Positions 18,312-28,333 of a stretch of 64,000 nt of DNA are shown piece by piece. How positions within the stretch are numbered: position 1 is the first letter of the stretch; every line of letters starts with the position of its first letter. Position numbers and translations under genes: made by a program. The DNA is from an uncultured virus (IMG/VR IMGVR_UViG_3300021092_000032) (lineage: Duplodnaviria > Heunggongvirae > Uroviricota > Caudoviricetes): IMG/VR virus record IMGVR_UViG_3300021092_000032; one strand, given 5' to 3'. The notes below the pieces were generated by a model that was not told where the DNA came from, searched no databases, and saw only the letters and a list, made by a program, of their open reading frames with translations.

Positions 18312-19285
18312 CGGTCATAACCGGCCATGGTGATCGTGAACGAACCCAACGCGACGGCAGTATTGGAGTTGGCAACGACAACGGCGCTCGGGCTCACCAG
18401 CTCAACGCGCTGCACTCCTTGGACGTGTAAGCGACTGATCAGCCAGCTTGGTGCGAGATCCCAGCCAAGACCTGCGGACTTTTGGAAGTCTTCCCGGATG
18501 CGAGCTTCAAGATTGTTAAGAATTGTTGGCGACTGATCTGGAAAAAGGAATACGCGGACGTTGACATTGACGGTTTGGATCGTCGCGCCAATCACCTCCA
18601 CAGTGTCCGTAATTACTCGCACAGAATCGCTCTGGAGCCGACTGTCGAGCACTGCCAAGAGCTGAGGACTTGCGGTGCCATCACCTCCAATCCCAAGAGC
18701 ACCCGCACGCACGCGGGTGCGAAAGGCTTGAACGGTTTCAAGCGGAGTCAGTATGCGCGGCGCAACGCCGTAGAACTGAGCCATCACGCTCAGCTCTTCT
18801 AGTGTCGCCTCGTTGATCAACTCGCCTTCATGGCTAAGCACGGCGATCCGTACCTGGCCTGCATCCGGGCTGGTCACCAAAGCGTCGGCCACACGGTTGT
18901 CAGCTGTTAGCGTTTGATACCGATACCAGGCGGCACCGCCAGCAGTTGAGCTGCCTTTGATCCGCTCGATAGTGCGATTGCGGAGCTGCTCATCGGTTTC
19001 CGGCATCTGACGGTTGACGCCGTAGAACGCGGAAAGCTGATCCAGATCACCACCCTCTGCAAAGGCAAGCAGCGTTGCCTTGAAGGCATCGTTCACTCGC
19101 TGCCGAAGAATCAGCTCGCGGTAGGCAAAGACCTGCAGCAGCTTTACCGCAGGATCGCTTTCGAGTAGCGCGGTGTACTCAGGATGCCGAGCAAGGAAGT
19201 CCTCCACCAGGGAGCGGAAAATGCTCTCGTAATCAAGCGCCTCGATCAGCTTCGGCTCAGGGAGGTTGCTGATGGTGTATGTCAC
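18308..19285 (-). CDS. Baseplate J-like protein
   Basis: LP.P.LIE.LDYE, LESDPAVKLL..FAYRELILRQRVNDA, STAG. Confidence 0.92.
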   Translation of the reverse strand: MTYTISNLPEPKLIEALDYESIFRSLVEDFLARHPEYTALLESDPAVKLLQVFAYRELILRQRVNDAFKATLLAFAEGGDLDQLSAFYGVNRQMPETDEQLRNRTIERIKGSSTAGGAAWYRYQTLTADNRVADALVTSPDAGQVRIAVLSHEGELINEATLEELSVMAQFYGVAPRILTPLETVQAFRTRVRAGALGIGGDGTASPQLLAVLDSRLQSDSVRVITDTVEVIGATIQTVNVNVRVFLFPDQSPTILNNLEARIREDFQKSAGLGWDLAPSWLISRLHVQGVQRVELVSPSAVVVANSNTAVALGSFTITMAGYDR

Positions 19286-19629
19286 AAAAAGCCTCCGATG
19301 CGCAGATCTTGAAGCGTCACCTCCCGGCCGTCAGGCAAGTAGGTGAACGTGAGGTCCATAGTCACAGACCCCTGGCCCACCTCCAGCAGATTGACCCTCT
19401 CGCATCGTAGGCGCGGTTCCCAACGAGAGAGCGCATCCACGGTTTCAGCTCTAATGGCTGCGATCAGGGATTGGTTGACCGCTCGGTCGACAAGGCGCGG
19501 CAAGTCGCTGCCATAGTCCCGACGCATCACGCGGGTGCCCTTAGGTGTCGTGAGGATGTCCGCGACTGATTGGCGAAGATGATCAAAGCCCGCAAGAGAG
19601 GTCCCAGCCTCTCGGTTCATCCCTTTCAT
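19282..19629 (-). CDS. Baseplate W / gp25-like protein
   Basis: HLRQSVADILTTPKGTRVMRRDYGS...WEPRL. Confidence 0.93.
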   Translation of the reverse strand: MKGMNREAGTSLAGFDHLRQSVADILTTPKGTRVMRRDYGSDLPRLVDRAVNQSLIAAIRAETVDALSRWEPRLRCERVNLLEVGQGSVTMDLTFTYLPDGREVTLQDLRIGGFL

Positions 19630-19680
19630 CTAGCGGGCTCTGTGTTTGGACGAATTCTAGGCGGGCTGCTGTGCCTGGCC

Positions 19681-21255
19681 TCAGCCATAGGTGCCGTTCG
19701 TGCTGTCAGTACCGCTGCCGGCCTGTTCCGGCTGATTAAATGTGATTTCGCAGTCGCTGCTCCCTGGACTTTCTTCCTGCTGCTCTTCGGTTCGATTGTC
19801 TTGCTGCTGGGTGTTTACGTTTGGATCGCGCTGCAGCGGAGTGCCTACGTTAAGAAGGCTTTCAATGTTGATGTCGCCGCTGTCTACAAAATTTGCAATC
19901 ATTGTTCCGGGTTGCACTTCGCCCTGAAAAAGCATTTCCCAGGTTTGCACGAGACCGTTGTCGTGTATTGCGTCGACAATCCCTTCGTCTGTAATTGCCG
20001 CAAGGTTTGAACGCAGACCTGCCATAAGGTTTGTTGCGTTAAGTTCTGGTGCGCCGTTTTGGCCAGAGACGCTACTCAACAAATTTGTGACAGTGCTTGC
20101 CATTCCCGCTACATTGCTTGGCAGCAGGCCGCTGCTGCTAGCTACCTGCACTAGCTGGTTTACGTTGATCTCGCCGCCGTTGAGCCAGCCGCTGACAGTT
20201 TGAAAACCATCGAGCGCAACGCCGACTTGCGGCGGCACATCGAGGCCGAATTGACCTGCGATGTCGAGTGCGAAATCAGCCATTCCCCAGGGATCACTGA
20301 GCAGTGAATTAGGGTTTTCGATAAAGCCCATCACGTTGGACAGCGGGCCCATCAAGTTGCCTACGCCAAGTGCGTTCATACCAGCGCCCAAGATGTCGGT
20401 TGGGATAAAGCTCGACAGGCCGGTGCTACCCAGAAAACTTGTCAACCCGGACATGGGAGCGCCTAAGCCCTGCGTAAGGTTGCCAAACAGATTGCCTATG
20501 TTTCCGAAGTTGCCTAGGGCACTGAACATGCTAGTAACACCAAAGGTGCTGATTAGGCTGCCAGCTATTCCAAACACGCCGCCCTGATTGTTGAGGTGGA
20601 TCGGATCGCCAAGAAAATCGAGTACAGCGTTGCCTTTCAATTCCTTGTCCATGCCGATCACCTTGTCGGACAGCAGCAGCTTGCCGGTGATGTGGCAGGC
20701 GTCGCAGTCCAGCTTGATAAACGGGCTTTTGATAATCACCTGACCGCAAGCGTGCACCTTGACCGAGCCCGGCGTCTCAACCCGCACCAGGCTCTTGCCC
20801 TTGTCGTATTCGATCAGGGTGCCGTCACCAAAAAGGCGACGCCATACATCGTCGCGCGGCTCGCCAAGCTCTCCAAACTCATAGCCCTCTGCACGATCGC
20901 CAAACGGTGCGTCGTCCTTGTGCATGAACATGGACGACAGGATCAGGCCCGTCGTCAGCTCACCACCGGGCGCATAGATCTGCACCACGTCGTCGACTCG
21001 GGGCGGATCCCACGACGACAGGCCGCCGCGTGTGGAAGATGCTGACACCTCCAGCACAGGCAGCCACGCGGTCTCGATGCAGCCGCCAGGCGAGCCATCC
21101 TCGCCAATGCAGACGCGCACAAGCCGCTTCTCAAGATCAACCTCCTTGACCTTGCCGGTGCGGAGGATGTTCTCGGTGTTGCGAGCGCCTTCGGTGTTCT
21201 CGAAAACGCCAACGCCGCCCGTTCGCCTGCTACTTCTTGGAACCTGAAAGCTCAC
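19681..21255 (-). CDS. Baseplate spike gpV-like protein with long C-terminal extension
   Basis: OB-fold (R.G.V.EVD...VRV...TAWLP...W.PP.V...V...PGG.L..G) plus F.DG..IEYD. GTG start at 21255 is inferred. Confidence 0.8.
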   Translation of the reverse strand: MSFQVPRSSRRTGGVGVFENTEGARNTENILRTGKVKEVDLEKRLVRVCIGEDGSPGGCIETAWLPVLEVSASSTRGGLSSWDPPRVDDVVQIYAPGGELTTGLILSSMFMHKDDAPFGDRAEGYEFGELGEPRDDVWRRLFGDGTLIEYDKGKSLVRVETPGSVKVHACGQVIIKSPFIKLDCDACHITGKLLLSDKVIGMDKELKGNAVLDFLGDPIHLNNQGGVFGIAGSLISTFGVTSMFSALGNFGNIGNLFGNLTQGLGAPMSGLTSFLGSTGLSSFIPTDILGAGMNALGVGNLMGPLSNVMGFIENPNSLLSDPWGMADFALDIAGQFGLDVPPQVGVALDGFQTVSGWLNGGEINVNQLVQVASSSGLLPSNVAGMASTVTNLLSSVSGQNGAPELNATNLMAGLRSNLAAITDEGIVDAIHDNGLVQTWEMLFQGEVQPGTMIANFVDSGDINIESLLNVGTPLQRDPNVNTQQQDNRTEEQQEESPGSSDCEITFNQPEQAGSGTDSTNGTYG

Positions 21256-21589
21256 GCTGCACCAGCACGAAGAAATACCGGCACACGCCAGGGATGTCTG
21301 CTTCGCTCTGTAGATCAGAGGTGCCCATGGCGTAGAACTTTGCGGCCAAGTGCTTGACACCCTGATTAAACAGGTGGTTCTGCTTTTCAGCAGGAACCTC
21401 GGAACCAATGAATTTGAAGGCGGTCAGAGTAGCAGCCTGCAGGAGCTGACGCATCTGATCCCCGTTGGCATCCTTGAGGCCCAGGAAGTCGGCCAAATCG
21501 GAAGGCTTTATGGCGGCTGCGGGCTGGCTTGCTACAGCCTGATCCAATCCTGCCGGTGCTTCTTTACGGGTGCGCTTAGTTGTCGCCAT
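21230..21589 (-). CDS. Hypothetical protein, weakly HK97 gp6-like connector
   Basis: L..FLGL...D..L..LL.AA...F.G...QGV.HLAA.FY pattern. Confidence 0.4.
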   Translation of the reverse strand: MATTKRTRKEAPAGLDQAVASQPAAAIKPSDLADFLGLKDANGDQMRQLLQAATLTAFKFIGSEVPAEKQNHLFNQGVKHLAAKFYAMGTSDLQSEADIPGVCRYFFVLVQRELSGSKK

Positions 21590-22181
21590 TGGAAATCACC
21601 ATTTGGTCAAAGTCTACGGAACCCTGCGGCACATGACTCCGCAGAGTGAGGGTCGTGGTACTTGGCGCGGGGCAGTTGTCCGGGAAGTCTCGATCCCAAA
21701 GGCCGAGATCAACACCCACACGGTAGCTCAGGTAGTTCGCGCGGTATGTGATCCGAACAGCGCCGATTGGGAGCTGCCCGTCTCGGTCGACATCCAGTTC
21801 CGTGCGAACCATCTGCAGCATTGCCGTTTCAAGTCCCTGGACCAGAAGCCCATCAAGCGCAGTTTCGATGCCTAGCGCCATGGCATCAAGCGCGTCGTCC
21901 ACATTGTCCAAGGCCACGCAAAGGCCTTCAACGTGAACCATTAGCGTCCGGCGGTAGCCACCGTCAAAATCGCTACGGTTCACCAGCTCGACTTCTTCCT
22001 CCTTGCAGTTCACTAAAACAAGCGGAAGCTCGTCAGGGTCGATCTCGATTGAGCGATTGGCGTAAACCCGATTTTTTGCAGGGGTCCAGTAACCGTCATA
22101 CGGACGGCCTTCCTGAAAATAAGCAAGCCGATCGCGGATTGCGTGGCGGAGCTGATGGCGCGGATGAAGCAAGACGGTCAT
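21576..22181 (-). CDS. Tail terminator / neck protein
   Basis: HPRHQLR.AI...RVY.NR...ELP; follows the head-tail adaptor. Confidence 0.65.
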   Translation of the reverse strand: MTVLLHPRHQLRHAIRDRLAYFQEGRPYDGYWTPAKNRVYANRSIEIDPDELPLVLVNCKEEEVELVNRSDFDGGYRRTLMVHVEGLCVALDNVDDALDAMALGIETALDGLLVQGLETAMLQMVRTELDVDRDGQLPIGAVRITYRANYLSYRVGVDLGLWDRDFPDNCPAPSTTTLTLRSHVPQGSVDFDQMVISNGDN

Positions 22182-22495
22182 CAGGACTCGCGTTGCAAGT
22201 AGAGAGTCACACCAGTGTGACCGTCAGGCTGCGCATCGCGCACGCGATAAGTCTTGCCTCGAACGTCGACACGATCGCCGCTCTTGGGCTTAATAGTCAA
22301 GTCCCAGGAGTCAATGCCTGCCACTGGCTGCAGGGTTGAGACGGGGCCGCCGGTCTCGGGATCGGCGGCTATGTAGGCCTCCTGGAAGATGACACGGATC
22401 TGCCAGGCGCTTTCGTTCCTGCGGTACGTGGCGGGTTCCCCCATCACGTTGATGCAGGCGCGAAGAGCGCGGTTGGCAAGATCGTTCAGCATCAA
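22181..22495 (-). CDS. Head-tail adaptor (lambda gpFII-like)
   Basis: P..GD.V.V.G.TY.V...QPDG.G...L.L; position after the head genes. Confidence 0.7.
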   Translation of the reverse strand: MMLNDLANRALRACINVMGEPATYRRNESAWQIRVIFQEAYIAADPETGGPVSTLQPVAGIDSWDLTIKPKSGDRVDVRGKTYRVRDAQPDGHTGVTLYLQRES

Positions 22496-22821
22496 ACGCT
22501 GAGGCGCACAGTGGCAGCAGCGTCAGCAGTGGCGGCAGCTACAAGAAAGTGTCCGATGACGGTGTTGCCTGCGGCAACGCCAGTCACTTTCTTGGCGCTG
22601 TTGTCCCAGTAGGCCACAGCGCCCTGAACACCATCTGTACCGGCGCCGGTGGCCTTAGTCAGGCTATAAACGCCTTCGGTAGCAATCGCGCCGACCTCGC
22701 CATTAGCGATGTCAGCAACAGCAACCCCAAACAGGGCGCCCACAAGAACGCCGCCGCCACTGCTCACCGCATAGGGGGCAGTGATGTCAACGTTGCAGCC
22801 GTTTTGAACGTAGTTTTTCAT
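22492..22821 (-). CDS. Capsid decoration protein (DUF2190-like)
   Basis: MKNYVQ.G..V...AP..V.SG..V.VG..FGVA...G. Confidence 0.82.
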   Translation of the reverse strand: MKNYVQNGCNVDITAPYAVSSGGGVLVGALFGVAVADIANGEVGAIATEGVYSLTKATGAGTDGVQGAVAYWDNSAKKVTGVAAGNTVIGHFLVAAATADAAATVRLSV

Positions 22822-22832
22822 GGTTCAGGTCC

Positions 22833-24698
22833 TCAGGCGCCGGTGGACTTGTAGAAGCCCCGGTGGTTCAGCAGGGTGCAGCCGAAGTCGAGGCGGGCGT
22901 AGATGGTAGTGCCATCAGGATCGCGCTCGTTAACGGTTTCAACCTGGGGGCCAGCCTCGCCGTCGAGATAACCGAAGGCGATCATGTCGATTTGGGCTGG
23001 GTCAGCGGAGACGTAGTAGACGACTTCGCTGGCGTCATCGAGGCGGGGCTCAACGATCAACGACATGGAACCGGTGAAGATGTTTACGTCGCCGGTGGTG
23101 TTTGGCTGAATGGGGCTCAGGAATTTCTGAGCCGCAGTTTCCAGGCTGGTGGGCAGGAGCATGTAGCGCGGCCGCAGGTTGATACGGTTGCCGGCAATGT
23201 CCTTCTGATTGCGCAGGGCCTTACGGGCTGCAGAAATTGCAGCTTCACCGATAACTCCGGCGCCCTGGTTTGCGTGGTCGGCATGGAATAGCGCCTTGCC
23301 GTCGTAAGCCATCTTGGCGTTGGAAGTGATGAGCTTCCACACTTCGTTTGACTCAAACAGGCTCATGCCCCGGCCGATCATCGAGGGGATGCGGCTGAGA
23401 GCATCCAGATCATCGTTGATGATGAGCTGGCGGGTGACGCTGATTTTCTTGCCGTAGGTGTAGATCCGCCAGGAGCTTTCTTGCTCCTTAACGGTTGCGG
23501 CCTTGTATTCACCGCCTTCGAGCAAGGGCTCAGGGGTGATTTGGCCGGCAATTTCAAGCTCGTACACGGGCTTGAAATCAGGCAAGTTCCGCTGACGTGC
23601 AATCGGGCGGAAGGTTTGCTGCTCCTCGGCGTAAGCGTTTGCCAGGGTCTTGCGAGCAATGTTGCTCAGCAGCTTGGGAAAGTCGCTGGTGGAGTGCATG
23701 GCACGGCCGGCGATTTCCGACTTGCTCATGCCTACCAGGCTGTGACCAGAGCGCACGAGTGCGTCTTTGGCCATGTCAATCAGGCTGCTGTGACCATAGG
23801 CGCGTGCCTGATCGTCCCACTCACGAAGGCCACAACGGGCCTCCAAAGTGGCGGTCATGCACTCGCTGCGCTTCTGGCCTTCGTCGGCCAGCACCTGCAC
23901 GTGAGTACGGGTGGGCGCAGCAGCTTCGCGCTCTGCCATTTTGTCAATGATGCATTTGCGGGCTTCGTCGATGGCAATGCCATCTTCTGCCAGTTTGTCG
24001 GCCAGGGAGTCATCCAGCCCAGCGGCGCGAACGGAACGGCGGATTTCCGCCACCCGACGACGCTCAGCAGCGATGACAGCCTGGATGTCCTCGGGGGAGG
24101 CGACGCGGTCCTGGGCCACAGGGGGCTCAGGAGCAGCGACCTCCAGTTCGCGGGTGTCTTCCATTGGGCTGGTGTCCTTTACAGGCTCGTTGTGAACTGT
24201 AGGCGGCTCATCTGAGCGCACCTGGGCCCCTGCATCTGCAGGGATTGGGACAAGGGAAAGTTCATGGGGTTCCCAGTCCACAGCACGCATCACCGTGGTA
24301 TCACCCTCAGTGCTGCGCTCGTATTTCCAGACGCGGTAGCCCACCGAAATGGACCTGATGATGCCGTCACGCACATCCCGGAAGATGGGCTCAACGTCAT
24401 CGCGGCTGGAAAACCGCACTACGGCGCGGCCTTCGTTGCCGTCCAGCCAGGCACGCTCAACCACCCCAACAATGTCGGAGAGCTCGAGTGCGCTATGACT
24501 GTTCAGCAGCGGGGCCCCGGCGTTCAGGCGTTCCATGCGGATCGCCTTCTTGTCCATCGACAGCTCCTCCATGAAGGGGCCGTCGAAGCCGTAGCGTGCC
24601 ACCCGTGCGCCTGTGGTCCACACGACCTCGACCGTGCGCTGTTCGGCGTCAACGGTCTCGGGTGCGAACATCGCCCGAGTTTGGAGTAGTTCGCTCAT
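22833..24698 (-). CDS. Prohead protease-major capsid protein fusion
   Basis: N-terminal protease (PLLNSH, SISVGYRV, WEP.E.SLV.IPAD) plus capsid (HSTSDFP, TYG...S.TRQ.IINDDL, LF.A.H.N). Confidence 0.9.
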   Translation of the reverse strand: MSELLQTRAMFAPETVDAEQRTVEVVWTTGARVARYGFDGPFMEELSMDKKAIRMERLNAGAPLLNSHSALELSDIVGVVERAWLDGNEGRAVVRFSSRDDVEPIFRDVRDGIIRSISVGYRVWKYERSTEGDTTVMRAVDWEPHELSLVPIPADAGAQVRSDEPPTVHNEPVKDTSPMEDTRELEVAAPEPPVAQDRVASPEDIQAVIAAERRRVAEIRRSVRAAGLDDSLADKLAEDGIAIDEARKCIIDKMAEREAAAPTRTHVQVLADEGQKRSECMTATLEARCGLREWDDQARAYGHSSLIDMAKDALVRSGHSLVGMSKSEIAGRAMHSTSDFPKLLSNIARKTLANAYAEEQQTFRPIARQRNLPDFKPVYELEIAGQITPEPLLEGGEYKAATVKEQESSWRIYTYGKKISVTRQLIINDDLDALSRIPSMIGRGMSLFESNEVWKLITSNAKMAYDGKALFHADHANQGAGVIGEAAISAARKALRNQKDIAGNRINLRPRYMLLPTSLETAAQKFLSPIQPNTTGDVNIFTGSMSLIVEPRLDDASEVVYYVSADPAQIDMIAFGYLDGEAGPQVETVNERDPDGTTIYARLDFGCTLLNHRGFYKSTGA

Positions 24699-24728
24699 TG
24701 CGACTCCACTGGCGGTTTGATTCTAAGG

Positions 24729-26222
24729 TTACTCATCTTCAGGCTCGTCAGCCGCCGGCGCTGCAGTGTTGGCCTGGGCTGCGCTGTTTAACTGGCCGCT
24801 GCCGCTGACCTGCCGGGGGTCGCTGTCCAGGATAAGGCCTAGGCGGTCCAGGGCTTCGTTGTCCTCAGCCATTTCGTCGAAGACTTCTTCAGGATCATAA
24901 CCAAACTCACGGATAGCTTCGCTAAGCGACAAGAAACCGGCACGTACTGCCTTTTTCGTTGCTTCAATTTCTTTGGCCGGGTCAATCAATTCGCGGCGCG
25001 GGGGCGTCCAGTGTGCAACGATGCCCTCCAACCGCACGCCGTTAACGCTGCCAGCTTGCACAAACCAGTTCCAAATCGGGCTGAGCATTTGGGGAACCAG
25101 CATTTGCCATCGCCAGGCTTCAATATTGCGGTGGAACTCCAGCCAGCCCATGCGGCCGCTACTAAAACTGGTGTTACTCAAATCGCCGGTTAGTGCTTCG
25201 TATGTGACACCGTAACCTGCTGCGATTTGCAGCAAGTATTCGCGTGTAATTTTGTCAAACTCGCCAACGCTGGGCGGCGATGCAAAACGAATATCTTTGC
25301 CAGGGGGCAGGATTTCAAGCGCACCGGGCTCCAGCTTGTCAATCAGTTCGGCGCCCATGCCTGCGTCGGGCGCTTCGGTGTCCACCAGGAATCCGGCAAA
25401 GCAAGCAGAAATCTTTTGCTTAAGCAACTGCGCATCACTGTAGTCATCAAAATCACGCAAACGAATGATCACCGGGGATGCCCAGGGAACCCCTCTGGTT
25501 TGATGTGGGCGGTCCTGCCGGAATACATGAATGATCTGGTCAGTGCCTACAAAGCTGCTACCAAAGCCGCGCACCCTTACATGATTTTCACCAGGGTGTT
25601 CGTCATACAGCCAATAGCCAAGGCGGCGGCCGTTGGCGTCATGCTTTATGCCCTCCCGCGTGAAGCTGCCGTCATCACCAGCGCCGTCGTGGGAGTCATC
25701 CAACATGTCTGGCTCCATGATCTGCAGCTGCAGGGGCACCCGCTGATTACTGCTGCTGATGGGGGTTCGCCGGCGGATCAGGACTTCACCAGATTCCACC
25801 ACGCAACGCATCGCCAGGGCTTGCAAGCCAGCAAAGTCCATACGCCCGTGGTAGTCGCACTGTTGCGGGTCGTTGGCCCAGCTGCTCAGTAAATCAGTGA
25901 GCTGCTGACTGCGACGCCGACTGCGCACGGCGCGGGCCTGCCCGATGATGCCCGTGCCGACAGTGTTGCTGACAATCACTGCGACCGCTTTGGCAGCGTA
26001 TGGGTTGTTGCGCACAAGGTCGCGGCTGCGGTCGCGCAAGGTTTTCAAGGCTGGGCCGGCGGCTGCGTCGGCACTTGTGCCCTGCGTCAGCCAGCCTTCG
26101 GTACGGCGGCCCCGGCTGGCGCCGTCATAGCGGCGCAAGGCGTCAAGCTGCAGGCGGGCACGCTGCCGGCGGAGTGCAGCTTGCGGGTTGACGCTGGCAA
26201 TGATCTGATCCAGCGCGTTCAT
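24729..26222 (-). CDS. Portal protein, lambda family
   Basis: YDGAS.GRR..GW, LR.RSRDLVRNNPYA, R..Q.RGVPW, YE.LTGD.S..SFSS.R, IDP.KE. Confidence 0.93.
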   Translation of the reverse strand: MNALDQIIASVNPQAALRRQRARLQLDALRRYDGASRGRRTEGWLTQGTSADAAAGPALKTLRDRSRDLVRNNPYAAKAVAVIVSNTVGTGIIGQARAVRSRRRSQQLTDLLSSWANDPQQCDYHGRMDFAGLQALAMRCVVESGEVLIRRRTPISSSNQRVPLQLQIMEPDMLDDSHDGAGDDGSFTREGIKHDANGRRLGYWLYDEHPGENHVRVRGFGSSFVGTDQIIHVFRQDRPHQTRGVPWASPVIIRLRDFDDYSDAQLLKQKISACFAGFLVDTEAPDAGMGAELIDKLEPGALEILPPGKDIRFASPPSVGEFDKITREYLLQIAAGYGVTYEALTGDLSNTSFSSGRMGWLEFHRNIEAWRWQMLVPQMLSPIWNWFVQAGSVNGVRLEGIVAHWTPPRRELIDPAKEIEATKKAVRAGFLSLSEAIREFGYDPEEVFDEMAEDNEALDRLGLILDSDPRQVSGSGQLNSAAQANTAAPAADEPEDE

Positions 26223-26419
26223 TTGTAGTCCCTCTGCGTGCTGAAGTATTTGCGGCTGCGGGTGCCTTGCCCAAGGCGTGCGCGGATCATGTCGCGCACC
26301 TTGAACAGTTCATCCAGGCTGCGGTATTGGACCTCTTTGTCGTCGTAGCGGACCCTGAGGTAGCCGCTTGCAATGGCTTCTTCGATCGCGGCGAGGCCGG
26401 CTTGGCTGAACATGGACAT
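26219..26419 (-). CDS. Head completion protein (lambda gpW-like)
   Basis: L.AIEEAIASG..RV.Y....V.YRSL.EL; between terL and portal. Confidence 0.82.
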   Translation of the reverse strand: MSMFSQAGLAAIEEAIASGYLRVRYDDKEVQYRSLDELFKVRDMIRARLGQGTRSRKYFSTQRDYK

Positions 26420-26449
26420 TCGATCAACCTCCTTGAGTCATGTTATCGG

Positions 26450-28333
26450 CTAAAGGAAGGTGCTTTTGCGCCGTTTGACCGTGGTTTCGCCTGGTTTGCT
26501 GCTGGTTTGCGCTGGTTTGGCAGAGCTGCCTGACGTTAGCCCACGCTCATGCTCCCATCGCGTCGCGTCCCAACGGTCAGCACCGACAGCCATTGCAGCG
26601 GCCCTGGCGTATACGCGGCAATCAAGGGCTTCATTGCGGTCGCGGGTTTTTTCCCACTGGTATTTCTGGTAGCCGCGCACCACCCGGCTTATCAGGGCCT
26701 CGGCTGTCAGTTGCTTGAACCACTCTTCCGGGTGCTGCGGAAAGTGACACCAGCCGAAAGGCAACCCGTCATCCAGGTTTTCAGGCAGTTTCCGGCGCAG
26801 CCAGCCGTACAACTCAGACTTAGCCACGCTCACGCCCACGGGCCAAACTTTCACGCCGCCCCTAATGCGCTTGCCACGGATCGTCACTTCAACTGGCGTC
26901 GGCGGGCTAATGATCGTGGCCTGCTGTTCACGGCCTTTTACGGCCATCACCCGCATGGCGCTCTGGCGATGCACCCAGCGATAAACCTCTTGCGTGCGGA
27001 ATCCGCTGTCAATGGCCGCCATGCGTATAGCCACAGTCATGCCGTCTTCACGGGTGTATTCGCGCTGCACCTGCCGGCTCAAGTCTTCCCAAACAGCGTC
27101 GTCGGCCGTATCGCCATGTAAAACCACAAAATCGACAGACCAGCTTTCAAGGTTTGGGCCCCAGGCCACGACTTCCATTTCCAAGCGATCTTTCTGTACG
27201 TCAATACCTGCGGTGAGGAACGCAGCGGCATCCGCCACTTGACCTAAGGGGTAATTCTCACGGCGGCCATACAACACTTCCCAGTCAGGGGCTTCGCCAG
27301 TGTCCGCATAAGTAAGGCCGAGCACCGTGTTTTGAAACACGCGCATCGCCTCGTCAGATTTCTGCGCCTGCATAAATGCTTCAACGCAATCACGCCAACT
27401 AAACCACCCGAGGGGTGAATACAGCGAACTGATGTGGTAGCCGCGCCACTTGCCTTCCGGGTTCTCTGGCACCCATTGGCCCTTTGGCAGGATGGCGTTC
27501 TTGTGGTGTTCTTCAAAGAGTTCGTCGCAGTGGACGCACTGGTAGCGGACGGTTTCAGGCCGCCCGTTTTCCCACTTCATTTGCTCCCAGACCAGCTGCT
27601 GCAACGTGCCGCAGTGCGGGCAAGGCACCTGGAAAAACCGCATGTCGCTATCCACAAACTCGCGCTCAATACGGCTACGGCCGGCCAGCGTGGGAGTGGA
27701 AACGTAAAAGATTTTGCGCCTGCTGAATGTCCTTGTGCGGGCCTCGGCCAAAGTGCAGGGGTCACCTTCCCCGTCCACGTCGCCGGGGTATGCATCAGGT
27801 TCGTCCAGGAAAAGGAAACGGACCGGCATTGAACGCAGACCGGCGGCGCTGTTGGCGCCCGCCATGACAACCACACCACCTGGAAATTCTTTGGCGAGCA
27901 GGCTGTTTCCGCTGTCCCTGCTGCGGGGGTCACGCACCTTGTCTCGCAGGGTTGGGCTTTCTTCAATCAATGGGGCGATGCGCGTTTTGCTGTTGCGCTT
28001 TGCCATCTCAACGGTTGGCTGCACCATCAGCATCGGGCCTGGACAGTTGTCGATGCAGTAGCCGAGCCAGTTGTTGCCGGCCTCAGTGCCGCCCACCTGG
28101 GCGCCTTTCATGAACACGACTTTTTCTATCGGGCTTGTGGCGCTCAGGCAGTCCATGATTTCCCGCAGATACGGCGTCCGCACGGTGCGCCAATGGCCGG
28201 GCTCCGCGCTGGCTCGCTGGCTCAGCATCCGATGCTTGTCAGCCCATTCACTGACGGTCAGCAGCGGATCGGGGCGGATGGCATCCTGGGCAGCGGCCCA
28301 CACGACCGCCATGCCGTTAGAAAGGGCCATCAC
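26450..28333 (-). CDS. terL: Terminase large subunit (lambda gpA family)
   Basis: P..LTVSEWAD, TPYLREIMD, KGAQVGGTE, LDE.D.YP, STPT, GIDVQKDR, IDSG, NEALDC.VYA. Confidence 0.95.
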   Translation of the reverse strand: MMALSNGMAVVWAAAQDAIRPDPLLTVSEWADKHRMLSQRASAEPGHWRTVRTPYLREIMDCLSATSPIEKVVFMKGAQVGGTEAGNNWLGYCIDNCPGPMLMVQPTVEMAKRNSKTRIAPLIEESPTLRDKVRDPRSRDSGNSLLAKEFPGGVVVMAGANSAAGLRSMPVRFLFLDEPDAYPGDVDGEGDPCTLAEARTRTFSRRKIFYVSTPTLAGRSRIEREFVDSDMRFFQVPCPHCGTLQQLVWEQMKWENGRPETVRYQCVHCDELFEEHHKNAILPKGQWVPENPEGKWRGYHISSLYSPLGWFSWRDCVEAFMQAQKSDEAMRVFQNTVLGLTYADTGEAPDWEVLYGRRENYPLGQVADAAAFLTAGIDVQKDRLEMEVVAWGPNLESWSVDFVVLHGDTADDAVWEDLSRQVQREYTREDGMTVAIRMAAIDSGFRTQEVYRWVHRQSAMRVMAVKGREQQATIISPPTPVEVTIRGKRIRGGVKVWPVGVSVAKSELYGWLRRKLPENLDDGLPFGWCHFPQHPEEWFKQLTAEALISRVVRGYQKYQWEKTRDRNEALDCRVYARAAAMAVGADRWDATRWEHERGLTSGSSAKPAQTSSKPGETTVKRRKSTFL

